64,000 bases of DNA from Sedimentisphaerales bacterium (GTDB taxonomy: Bacteria; Planctomycetota; Phycisphaerae; Sedimentisphaerales; SM23-30): assembly GCA_963663965.2 (NCBI GenBank), contig CAXXFK010000025.1, forward strand, positions 96,001 through 160,000. Direction: 5' to 3'. Numbering within the stretch: position 1 is the first letter of the stretch; each line of letters opens with the position of its first letter. A model generated the notes under the pieces. It had not been told where the DNA came from. It did no database searches and was given only the letters and a program-made list of their open reading frames with translations. Of the stretch, positions 50,901 through 59,278 are shown in pieces. The position numbers and the translations under genes are program-made.

Positions 50901-52118
50901 TTCCGCACCTTCGGCAATTACGGACCGGTGTTCTCCATGCGTCAAGTTGCTTCCGGTACGCCATTGATCGATATTGCCATTGGTTTGGATGGCCTTCAGA
51001 ACGAGCCGGGCCGTTTGTGTCTGCTTGTTCGTGACGACACAGGTTTAACCATGGGCTGGATTAATTCAGGAATTCAGGTAAATGATGGTCAGTGGCATGC
51101 CTTTGTTGTCAGCCGGTCTCAAGGTGTCTGGGAAATGTATATCGATGGCGTCAAACGCGCCTCTCGCAGTGGGATTGCCAGCGGCGCGGTGACTCTGGAC
51201 ATGCTGGGTATCGGCGCCGAGTTGCGCTGGATAGGCGACAACTGGAATGAATGGCGGACTCACTATCGCTACTTCAATGGCGATATGGATGAAATCGTGG
51301 TCTGGGCCGGCAAGATGCCTCAGATGCAGATCGATGAACTGGCCGCGGTTGTTCCGCCGTTGAACGATCTGAACAGTGACATGGCCGTTGATTCAGCCGA
51401 TCTGGGCGTAATGACCAATAGCTGGCTGGAAGATACCGCCACTCCGGTTCAGGATACCCTGGTTCTGGAAGATATGGAATCCTATAGTTATGATCCGAAT
51501 GATCCACTGTTGCAGACCTACTGGGCGCCTCCGGTGGGAGATGTCTTTGGCATTACGGAATTCTCGATACTGGATGATCCCAATGATGGGCATGGCAAGG
51601 TTCTGCGTATGGATTATGATTTCAACGGCAAGACGCAGATTGAAGGTTACTTCTGGCTGCGTGACCGCCGGTGTGATTTCGGTCAATACGATCTGTTCCG
51701 AATGACTGCCAAGAAACTGCCCGGCAGTACCAATGGGGCCCTGTATCTGGATCTCTATGATGGCCGCGGTCTGACCGATCCTGTCAAGGAAGAGTTGCAC
51801 CGTAAGGGCCGTATTCAGATTGATACGACTACCATTCCGGAAAATCAATGGGTGACTCTCGAAGTGCCGATTCCGGCTGGATGGGCCTCAGGCGGTTCAT
51901 TACCGGCTACCAGTCATGATCTGTATCAATTGGCGATTCTGATTGTTACTTCGGATACCGCCGGCAGCGGCGCATTCCTGTTGGATACCATTGAACTGAC
52001 CGACGGAACACCCACTTGTGTTCGTCCTGTGGTGGTTGAAAATGGCGCCGATCTGAACGGTGATTGTATGACCGATCTGGCCGATTATGCCCGACTGGCG
52101 CAGAGCTGGCTGGAGTAA
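47988..52118 (+). CDS. Large secreted protein with internal ~280-aa duplication, LamG, CBM-like domain and two dockerin-like motifs
   Basis: Signal peptide. Duplicated KWT...LPLSFGK.YTH...YTSPVW.F block, LamG (NDGQWH, FNGDMDEI) and DLNSD/DLNGD...WL motifs. Confidence 0.85.
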   Translation: MKMNRLKLFLILSVTLAFLVSPIVAAPLSTVIYQDTFTSDGTIRLPGSSPNNTPMGDSALRWKAYNNFKFAEVNGNNVVLTLGAGEDYSAMLDTDLSAIKGTIRIEADIMPYTSGTNKTNWARIGFQTETVPAKYSTSDTAETWMLFRANGGYQIFYNGTNTGGDSVPGYTLGTVANVSITFNAITGETTYMINNNVLATVNLSGTAFMTAAKRPFFGTHDVDQYFDNFTISMEGATTALVNPSPAPVRVPVDYELNWVSEPSGGSTFTYDVYLGTDLAQVANRNSAVRIAEGLSVTSYSPALDYETTYYWLVDTLIDGDPNHPTAVGSFSTDYEEQKWTNSHWMTDADLPLSFGKFYTHAVKFNAASEEIPITVKGIVFEPATDRGEVGDSWVMTGAAGHHEGSTPFTGTGEGRMLAGRFFYGSPATITMNGLTPGVQYRTTLYSFSWGLQGARVIQVGTSGDNQVNLLDENYSADTIGRLFYYTYTAPESGSLTLSFDQTVYNSAWHHYAFSNELYTPVYLDPTPAPGGDGTPNITLSWQQQGEVEGTVTYNLKVATDPNMVNLVDDKAGLNSTSYPISLSPDTQYYWTVAIAQNGTVIYTSPVWDFITTPQPPKKWTSTSWMSDDDLPLSFGKTYTHLVNLNTNELVSTSVKGILFENDSDKTGANWSVVAPNPHSEVRFTGTGDGQALVSSFFYGNGELALTGLTPGVEYRTTLYTYGFGDIGGRFNRVTASDDGQFEILDGNMDGNGKGRLFHYTYVAPESGALTLTFTALTGDTWHQYAFSNEEYAPVYLDPTPLSGVEMFPSQLSWKLNGEVAEPVTYNLTVATDPNLVNQVINETGWTPTSYAVSLTPNTRYYWSVAVVEDGTVIYTSPVWNFLNTIPPYANKVLEWTFDETGGPIADQTGPSDDADGILTGFIDPNSTVRSAGLVNTCIRLNGASEREFVDISNAAPYMPTGDEQAFAISGYFRTFGNYGPVFSMRQVASGTPLIDIAIGLDGLQNEPGRLCLLVRDDTGLTMGWINSGIQVNDGQWHAFVVSRSQGVWEMYIDGVKRASRSGIASGAVTLDMLGIGAELRWIGDNWNEWRTHYRYFNGDMDEIVVWAGKMPQMQIDELAAVVPPLNDLNSDMAVDSADLGVMTNSWLEDTATPVQDTLVLEDMESYSYDPNDPLLQTYWAPPVGDVFGITEFSILDDPNDGHGKVLRMDYDFNGKTQIEGYFWLRDRRCDFGQYDLFRMTAKKLPGSTNGALYLDLYDGRGLTDPVKEELHRKGRIQIDTTTIPENQWVTLEVPIPAGWASGGSLPATSHDLYQLAILIVTSDTAGSGAFLLDTIELTDGTPTCVRPVVVENGADLNGDCMTDLADYARLAQSWLE

Positions 52119-52142
52119 TCATTTGATACTTTAACCTTTAAA

Positions 52143-52188
52143 AGCAGGCCGTGTGTAAATCGTGCATGGCCTGCTCTCTTATTTTTTT
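52143..52188 (+). terminator. Probable intrinsic terminator
   Basis: AGCAGGCCGTG / CATGGCCTGCT stem followed by CTCTTATTTTTTT. Confidence 0.65.
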
Positions 52189-52393
52189 GAACCAGTTTCT
52201 GGTTTGTTATCGAAGAGAAAAGGAAGTAAACCCTCACCACAGATATATTGTATCTGCATTTCAGTGGATACGGTACGCATGTCTTTTAATATGTTCAATC
52301 GACCTCACAGAGAATCCGATGATATCAATGGATACCGGTCTGTCCAGGGCGGTAATCCTTTAATGTCATTAGGATTGAGATAAAGGAGTTCCT

Positions 52394-55300
52394 ATGCGAG
52401 GCCCTTTCTGCGCTCGACTGTTTATTATACTTGTTACCGGGTGTTTTCTGACCGTCGGAATCCATTGCCTCTATGCCGATAGTATCGCGATTTTCAATGA
52501 AATTTCGTACCATCCAACTGCAGAAGCAGATGGGGAATGGATCGAATTGCGTAATCTGTTGGCAATTGATCTGGATGTGTCCGGGTGGTCCATTGCGGGT
52601 GGAGTCGATTATCGATTTCCAGATGGGACCATCCTTGCCGCAGATGGATATCTGGTGATCGCGGATGATCCGGACGCACTGATTCAATTGACCGGTCTGG
52701 CGACAGTATTGGGACCGTTTGAAGGCAATTTATCCAATTCGGGCGAAGAACTGATTTTACTGAATAACGATCAGCGGGTTATGGATGTTCTCGATTACCG
52801 TGATAGCGGTGACTGGCCGGTCGCGCCGGATGGTTCAGGTGTTACGCTGGCTCGACGCGACAGGGTTCTGGCTGCTGGCGATCCGGGTAACTGGATGGCC
52901 AGTTATCAAATGGGAGGGACTCCGGGCCGGACTAATTTTCCGGACGAACAGTCTCAGTCGATTCGCCATTCCCTGATACCGTTTAATGACAGTTGGCGTT
53001 ATAATGATTGGGGTGTCGATTGGGGCGATTCCTGGCGGCAGGTTGGTTTTGATGACTATCTCTGGCTGACAGGTGAGGCGGGATTTTATTCCGGACAGGT
53101 ATTGGTTGGTGCGAATCCAACACCGATCACGACACTTTTCAGTACAGGGGTTGGGGAAAATGACCAGGTTTTATCACCAGGACAGAGCGATCCACATTAT
53201 TTTATGACAGCCAGTCAAAATCCGGTCATCGTGATGCAGAATCATTCTGCCTGGGTTGCCAATGATGCCGGATCCATGTGGGTGGGATTATCGGCCCAGG
53301 GAACGGATAACCAGCCGGCCGGCAATTATTCATTCAGTACGACATTCGATCTGACGGGATGGCTGCCGGAAACCGCGAGTATCAGCCTGCGGGTCGCAGT
53401 GGATAATGAACTGCTCGACGTTAAAATTAACGGAGTGAGTACCGGTGTTTCGGTCAGCGGGCACGCCGCGTTCAGTGGTCCATTTACGATAACCAGCGGT
53501 TTTATCGCCGGGATCAATCAATTGGAGTTTTTATTTTCCAACTGGGATACTTACGCTAATCCAATGGGATTGCGATTGGAACTTTCCGGCACAGCCCGGC
53601 CAGTGCTGGGCCGGACATCGGTTGCCGAGGGGCCGGTTACTCATTATTTTCGTAAGGCGTTTAATTATAATGGCGATACTACTTCCAGTGTGAATCTTCT
53701 GCTGGATTGGGTAGTAGATGACGGCGCTATCTGTTATTTGAATGGCGTTGAAATTTATCGATATAATCTAGCAGATGGAGAGGCAGGCTATCATACCCGG
53801 GCAGAGGTGGATATTGTTAATCCGCAAAGTAATGGGATTATTTCCATTCCAACAGATTTACTGACGCCCGGTACTAATGTCGTGGCAGTCGAAGTCCATC
53901 AATCGCAACAGGACCTGGATGTGGCGTTTGCGGCGACTCTGGACGCCATCGAAACTCCGATGACACCCGATACGATTCCGGCGATCGCTTTCAATGAACA
54001 GTCCGGATTGCGTAACGGCGCATTCTGGATGGAGTTGGTGAATTATGGGGATGAGACATATAATCTATCGGGGATGATCCTGGCGTGTGCGGGCGATGTC
54101 AGTGGAGAATATATTTTAACTTCCGGCGTTTTGATGCCGGGTGAATTCTTGTTGCTGAGCGAATCTGAACTGGGATTCCGGCCGGCGGATGAAGACAAAC
54201 TGTTTTTGTATACTCCCAATAAGTTTAGTGTAACGGATGGCATGGTGGTTAAAAATTCGCCCAGGGCCCGTTACCCTCAGGCAACCGGCGCCTGGTGTCA
54301 CCCGGTAACAGCCACGCCGGGTGGGGGAAACCAGTTTAATTTTCAACGCGATATTGTTATCAATGAAATTATGTACAACCACAGTTTACTGCCTGGAACA
54401 GACGCGGTATATGAAACGAGATCTGTTATATCACCGGGAGCGGCTGTTAAGGTTAAAGTGCCGAAGGATAATTCGGCCGGGCAACTCTGGACGGGGGTGC
54501 AGGAACCGTTTGACGATAGTGTCTGGACGGATGCCGATGGAATGGTCACGGGTGTGGGATATGAACGGGATAGCGGCTATGAGGCCTGGATTGGCGCGGA
54601 TGTCGAACAGAAAATGTACGATGTGAATCGCAGTGTCTATCTGCGGATCCCATTTGAATTGACGAATGTGGATGCTGTTGATGAGTTACGGCTGAAAATG
54701 CTTTACGACGATGCGTTTATTGCCTATATCAACGGCCAGGAGGTTGCCCGCAGTGTTTACGCGCCGGCATCGGCGCAATGGGATTCCGGCGCTGGCGGTT
54801 CACATGAAGCAACAGATTATGAGATTTTCGAGCTGAGCGCTGTTCGTGATGTGCTGGTGGAAGGCCAGAATATACTGGCTATTCATGGTTTTAATTACGG
54901 AGTTACCAGTACGGATTTGATTTTTCTGCCGGAATTAGAAGTCCGACAGATGATTACTCCGGCGATGCCGCCGGGTGAGTCGGGCCAGGAATGGATTGAA
55001 TTATATAACAAAGGGGCTGTTGCAGTCGACTTGACCGGCTGGGAACTGGAAGGCGGCGTCTCGTATGAATTTGAAGAGGGCGAAAGCCTGGCTCCGGATA
55101 CTTATCTGATTATTGCACGTCAACCGGATAACATGGTGGATCTATGTCCGGTTCAGACGCAAATTGTCGGACCGTTTGATGGCCGGTTATCCAATAAGGC
55201 GGAAAGCCTGATATTAATAGACAGTGTAGGTAATATAGCGGATCGGGTCGATTATTACGATGGCAAGCCCTGGCCGGGATACGCTGATGGCTATCGCAGC

Positions 55301-58300
55301 AGTCTGGAATTGCGTAATCCGCTTGCCGATAATGCAAAAGCGGAGGCCTGGCGTGCCAGCGATGAGAGTGTCAACTCGGCCTGGCAGACGTATTCCTATC
55401 GGGCAGTGGCTCAGAGCAGCGCGCTGGGGCCGGATGGTCAGTGGCAGGAGTTTGTACTGGGTTTGTTAGAATCGGGTGAAATCTGGCTGGATGATATTTC
55501 TGTGGTGGAGGATCCCGATGGCTCGGCAATCGAATTAATTCGGAACGGCGCCTTTGAATCCGGCGTTACGGCCTGGCGGTTGCTGGGTAATCACGGGCAT
55601 AGTGAGGTAATTGTCGATCCGGACCAGCCGGGCAACTCGATATTGCGTCTGGTCGCGACCGGTTCGGAAGGCCATATGCACAATCATCTGGAAACGACGC
55701 TGGCCAATGGCCGGGCGATCACCAATGGCCGGACATATGAAATATCCTGGCGGGCCCGCTGGATAGCCGGCAGCAACCTGCTCAATACCCGGCTGTATTT
55801 TAACCGGGTGGCCAGGACGACCGCGATCGCCCAACCGCAGATCAACGGTACTCCGGGGCGTGTGAATCGTTGTTTTGAGACGAACATTGGTCCGACCTTC
55901 TGCGATTTAATCCATCAGCCTGCGGTACCACAAGCCGGTGAACCGGTCGTTGTGACGGTGGCGGCCTGTGATCCTGATGGTGTGGCCGAAGCGTTGCTCT
56001 GGTGGCATATAGACGGTCAGGCATGGAACAGTGTTGCCATGACTAAGAATTCGGCGGATCACTATAGCGCGATGATTCCCGGTCAGGTATCCGGTACGGT
56101 GGTCCAGTTTTTTGTTCAGGCCCAGGATGGTTTGGGAATGAACGCTGCTTCCCCGGCGGGAGGGGCCGCTTCCCGGGCTTTATATCAAGTGGAAGACAGC
56201 CGGGCGGCGACAAATGGTCTGCATAATTTACGCATTATTATGCTGGCTGATGATTATAACTGGATGCATAATTCCATCAATTTGATGAGCGATGACCGGC
56301 TGGGCGCCACGGTTATTTATAACGAGAAAGACATTTATTACGATACCGGTGTTCGTTTGAAAAGCAGCCAGCGGCATCGACTGGTTGCGGCTCACGTCGG
56401 TTTCAATATCAGTTTTCCCCGTGACCGGTTGTTTAACGGCATTCATCAGACCATTGCCATCGATCGTTCTGAAGGGGTATTGGCCGGCCAGCGGGAAATG
56501 CTGGTGAATCTGGTGCTGAACCGGGTGGCGGGTTGCCAACTCAGCAAGTACAGTGATCTGATCCGGGTGATTGCCCCGGCAACGCAGCACAGCGGGGATG
56601 CGGAGTTACAATTGGCCCGCTTCAATTCTGAGTTTCTGGATGCTCAGTTTGCCGATGGCTCGGATGGCCCGTTATATGAGTATGAATATATTTATTATCC
56701 CCGCTATACGCTCTCCGGAGATGTTCAGGATTATAAGATCCCCAATGATGATGGGGTGGTTTCGAATGGCTCAATCCGGGATCAGGGCAGCGATCCGGAA
56801 AGTTATCGCTGGCAATATTTAAAGAAGAATAACCAGGACTTGGATGATTTCGGTTCACTGATGGATTTTGCCCGGGTATTTGGGTTAACCGGAACCAGTT
56901 ATCTTGAACAGATATCCGATGTCATTGATGTCGATCAGTGGTTGCGGATGTTTGCCGTGGCAGTGGTTCATGGGGCCGGGGATCATTATGGCGGCGACAA
57001 CGCTCAACATAATATGCAGCTTTATCAGCGCCCATCCGATGGCCGGATGCTCTATTTTATTCACGATCTGGATGCGTTCTATACGGCTACGCGTCCGCTG
57101 ATTGCCAATACCGATTTAAGCAAACTGATGGCTAATCCTGCCTGGGAACGGCGGTATTACGGCAATGTTTATGATGTGATACAGACCGCCTATAATACGG
57201 CTTATTTGCAGCGATGGACCAATCAGATAGGGGCTTTGCTGCCGACGCAGTCGTTTGCCTCTCATCTGTCTTTTGTCGGACAGCGCAGCAGCTATTTATT
57301 GGGTCAACTGGCGGCCCGTGTTGCATCTCAGTACGCTTTTGCGGTAACGAATGAGAATTTCAGTGTCAAGGGCGTAGAAGCCCAGATTGGCGGTGAAGGG
57401 TGGATTGATGTCGACAAGGTTTATCTACAGGGATTCGAGCAACCTCTGCAACTGAACTGGTCTGCCAGCGGCAGTGGAACCGGCAGAAAATTCTATTGGA
57501 ACAGTGTTGTACCGCTCCAGCCTGGTGAAAATAATCTGGTATTGGAAGCCTACGATTTTCAAGGGCGTCTGGTTGGAACGGATACGGTGACCATTACCAG
57601 TCAGGCGGATGTTGTGCCGTTGCGTGAGTATTTGCGGATATCGGAAATCATGCCAGATCCATTGGGTGGCAAGGATTATGAATTTATCGAATTATATAAT
57701 ACCGGGTCTGAATCGCTGGATCTATCCGGTTTGAGTTTTGTTAATGGGATTGATTTTAACTTTACAACGGGCACGATAACAACGCTACCTGCGGGCGCGT
57801 ATCTGGTTGTTGTGAATGATATGAGCGCGTTTATTCAGCGCTATGGGACCGCTGGAATCGTCGTTGCCGGGGAGTACTCCGGCAGTCTGGCCAATGAAGG
57901 TGAGCGGATTGAACTGGCGGACCGCTGGGGTGCGCCATTGATCATATTTGATTATGAAACCGGAGATCCCTGGCCGTTGTCTGCGGAAGGTGCGGGTCAC
58001 AGCCTGGTGCCGTTGACATCGGCGATGGATTCGCAGCCGACGGGTTCACTGTCCTATGGCGGGAACTGGCGGGCGAGCGCGTATCGAAATGGATCGCCAG
58101 GTCAACAGGATCCGGAATTGCCTGTTACGCTGGTTCTGAATGAAATCATGGCCCATACCGATTACAGTGATCCGTTGCACAGTGAGTATGATTCTAATGA
58201 CTGGATCGAATTAATCAATCGGGCCGGTGCAGAAATTATTATTTCGCCCGGTAGCTGGTATTTAAGTGACAGTCCTGATCAATTGGATAAATGGACGATA

Positions 58301-59269
58301 CCGGGAATGACACTTGCCGCCAGCGCGATTATTAGTTTTGATGAAGTGACGGGATTTCATCAGCCCATCACCGAAGGGTTTGGTCTGAATAAGGCGGGCG
58401 AGGCGGTCTATTTGTCGTGGCTGCCCGTGCAAGGGCCGGGCCGGGTGGTCGATTGTGTGCGATTTGCCGCCCAGGAAAACGAGGTTTCTCTCGGTCGATA
58501 TCCTGATGGGCTGGGGTTCTGGGGAGCAATGGTTCCGACTCGCGATACGGCTAATCGCTATCCTTATCAACAGGTCTACATCAGTGAATTGATGTATAAT
58601 CCACTCGTCGATGGTTTTGAATATATTGAAATTACCAATCCAACCCATGTTGCTGTAGCCTTGTGGGATGCGATTACAGCAACCGGCTGGCGTCTCAATG
58701 GCGGAATTGATTATTCCTTTGGACCTGATGATGTGATTCCAGCGGGAGAGCGACTGGTCCTGGTTGACTTTACCCCGGATGCTGCCGGACTCGAAGCCTT
58801 TCGCCAGTATTATCAAACGGTTCCAGTCCGGATTGTCGGGCCTTATTCCGGCAGTTTATCCAATGGAGGCGAGTGTGTGGTACTGGAAAAACCGATATTG
58901 GCGGATAATCCCGATGATCCACTGGCGCTCTGCTGGGTGACCATTGACGACGTTTGTTATTTTGATCAGAGTCCCTGGCCGGTTCAGGCTGATGGCGGCG
59001 GCGCTGCGCTGGAACGCCGATCCAATCCATTCCCGGGTTGTGATCCACAGTCCTGGTTCGTCAATTCGGCGACCCCTGGAATTGCCAGATTCGATTTGGA
59101 TGCCAGTGGACTGGTCGACATGATTGATTTTAGCTACTTAGCCCAATCCTGGCTGAGTGTGCCGGATGATGCAGCCTGGAATTCCCGTATCCATTGGAAT
59201 GATGCGCCGGGCGAAATCATTGGCATTTCTGATCTGACAGAATTTGTGGATCAATGGATGAAGCCCTGA
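52394..59269 (+). CDS. Giant secreted lamin-tail-domain / CotH kinase-family protein
   Basis: AAGGAG RBS. About six (N/S)E(I/L)(M/S)...E(W/F/Y)IEL lamin-tail modules. CotH-like core (GVRLKSS, DHYG...HN, HDLD) and C-terminal DLDASGLVDMIDF...WL. Confidence 0.85.
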   Translation: MRGPFCARLFIILVTGCFLTVGIHCLYADSIAIFNEISYHPTAEADGEWIELRNLLAIDLDVSGWSIAGGVDYRFPDGTILAADGYLVIADDPDALIQLTGLATVLGPFEGNLSNSGEELILLNNDQRVMDVLDYRDSGDWPVAPDGSGVTLARRDRVLAAGDPGNWMASYQMGGTPGRTNFPDEQSQSIRHSLIPFNDSWRYNDWGVDWGDSWRQVGFDDYLWLTGEAGFYSGQVLVGANPTPITTLFSTGVGENDQVLSPGQSDPHYFMTASQNPVIVMQNHSAWVANDAGSMWVGLSAQGTDNQPAGNYSFSTTFDLTGWLPETASISLRVAVDNELLDVKINGVSTGVSVSGHAAFSGPFTITSGFIAGINQLEFLFSNWDTYANPMGLRLELSGTARPVLGRTSVAEGPVTHYFRKAFNYNGDTTSSVNLLLDWVVDDGAICYLNGVEIYRYNLADGEAGYHTRAEVDIVNPQSNGIISIPTDLLTPGTNVVAVEVHQSQQDLDVAFAATLDAIETPMTPDTIPAIAFNEQSGLRNGAFWMELVNYGDETYNLSGMILACAGDVSGEYILTSGVLMPGEFLLLSESELGFRPADEDKLFLYTPNKFSVTDGMVVKNSPRARYPQATGAWCHPVTATPGGGNQFNFQRDIVINEIMYNHSLLPGTDAVYETRSVISPGAAVKVKVPKDNSAGQLWTGVQEPFDDSVWTDADGMVTGVGYERDSGYEAWIGADVEQKMYDVNRSVYLRIPFELTNVDAVDELRLKMLYDDAFIAYINGQEVARSVYAPASAQWDSGAGGSHEATDYEIFELSAVRDVLVEGQNILAIHGFNYGVTSTDLIFLPELEVRQMITPAMPPGESGQEWIELYNKGAVAVDLTGWELEGGVSYEFEEGESLAPDTYLIIARQPDNMVDLCPVQTQIVGPFDGRLSNKAESLILIDSVGNIADRVDYYDGKPWPGYADGYRSSLELRNPLADNAKAEAWRASDESVNSAWQTYSYRAVAQSSALGPDGQWQEFVLGLLESGEIWLDDISVVEDPDGSAIELIRNGAFESGVTAWRLLGNHGHSEVIVDPDQPGNSILRLVATGSEGHMHNHLETTLANGRAITNGRTYEISWRARWIAGSNLLNTRLYFNRVARTTAIAQPQINGTPGRVNRCFETNIGPTFCDLIHQPAVPQAGEPVVVTVAACDPDGVAEALLWWHIDGQAWNSVAMTKNSADHYSAMIPGQVSGTVVQFFVQAQDGLGMNAASPAGGAASRALYQVEDSRAATNGLHNLRIIMLADDYNWMHNSINLMSDDRLGATVIYNEKDIYYDTGVRLKSSQRHRLVAAHVGFNISFPRDRLFNGIHQTIAIDRSEGVLAGQREMLVNLVLNRVAGCQLSKYSDLIRVIAPATQHSGDAELQLARFNSEFLDAQFADGSDGPLYEYEYIYYPRYTLSGDVQDYKIPNDDGVVSNGSIRDQGSDPESYRWQYLKKNNQDLDDFGSLMDFARVFGLTGTSYLEQISDVIDVDQWLRMFAVAVVHGAGDHYGGDNAQHNMQLYQRPSDGRMLYFIHDLDAFYTATRPLIANTDLSKLMANPAWERRYYGNVYDVIQTAYNTAYLQRWTNQIGALLPTQSFASHLSFVGQRSSYLLGQLAARVASQYAFAVTNENFSVKGVEAQIGGEGWIDVDKVYLQGFEQPLQLNWSASGSGTGRKFYWNSVVPLQPGENNLVLEAYDFQGRLVGTDTVTITSQADVVPLREYLRISEIMPDPLGGKDYEFIELYNTGSESLDLSGLSFVNGIDFNFTTGTITTLPAGAYLVVVNDMSAFIQRYGTAGIVVAGEYSGSLANEGERIELADRWGAPLIIFDYETGDPWPLSAEGAGHSLVPLTSAMDSQPTGSLSYGGNWRASAYRNGSPGQQDPELPVTLVLNEIMAHTDYSDPLHSEYDSNDWIELINRAGAEIIISPGSWYLSDSPDQLDKWTIPGMTLAASAIISFDEVTGFHQPITEGFGLNKAGEAVYLSWLPVQGPGRVVDCVRFAAQENEVSLGRYPDGLGFWGAMVPTRDTANRYPYQQVYISELMYNPLVDGFEYIEITNPTHVAVALWDAITATGWRLNGGIDYSFGPDDVIPAGERLVLVDFTPDAAGLEAFRQYYQTVPVRIVGPYSGSLSNGGECVVLEKPILADNPDDPLALCWVTIDDVCYFDQSPWPVQADGGGAALERRSNPFPGCDPQSWFVNSATPGIARFDLDASGLVDMIDFSYLAQSWLSVPDDAAWNSRIHWNDAPGEIIGISDLTEFVDQWMKP

Positions 59270-59278
59270 TAATCGCTG

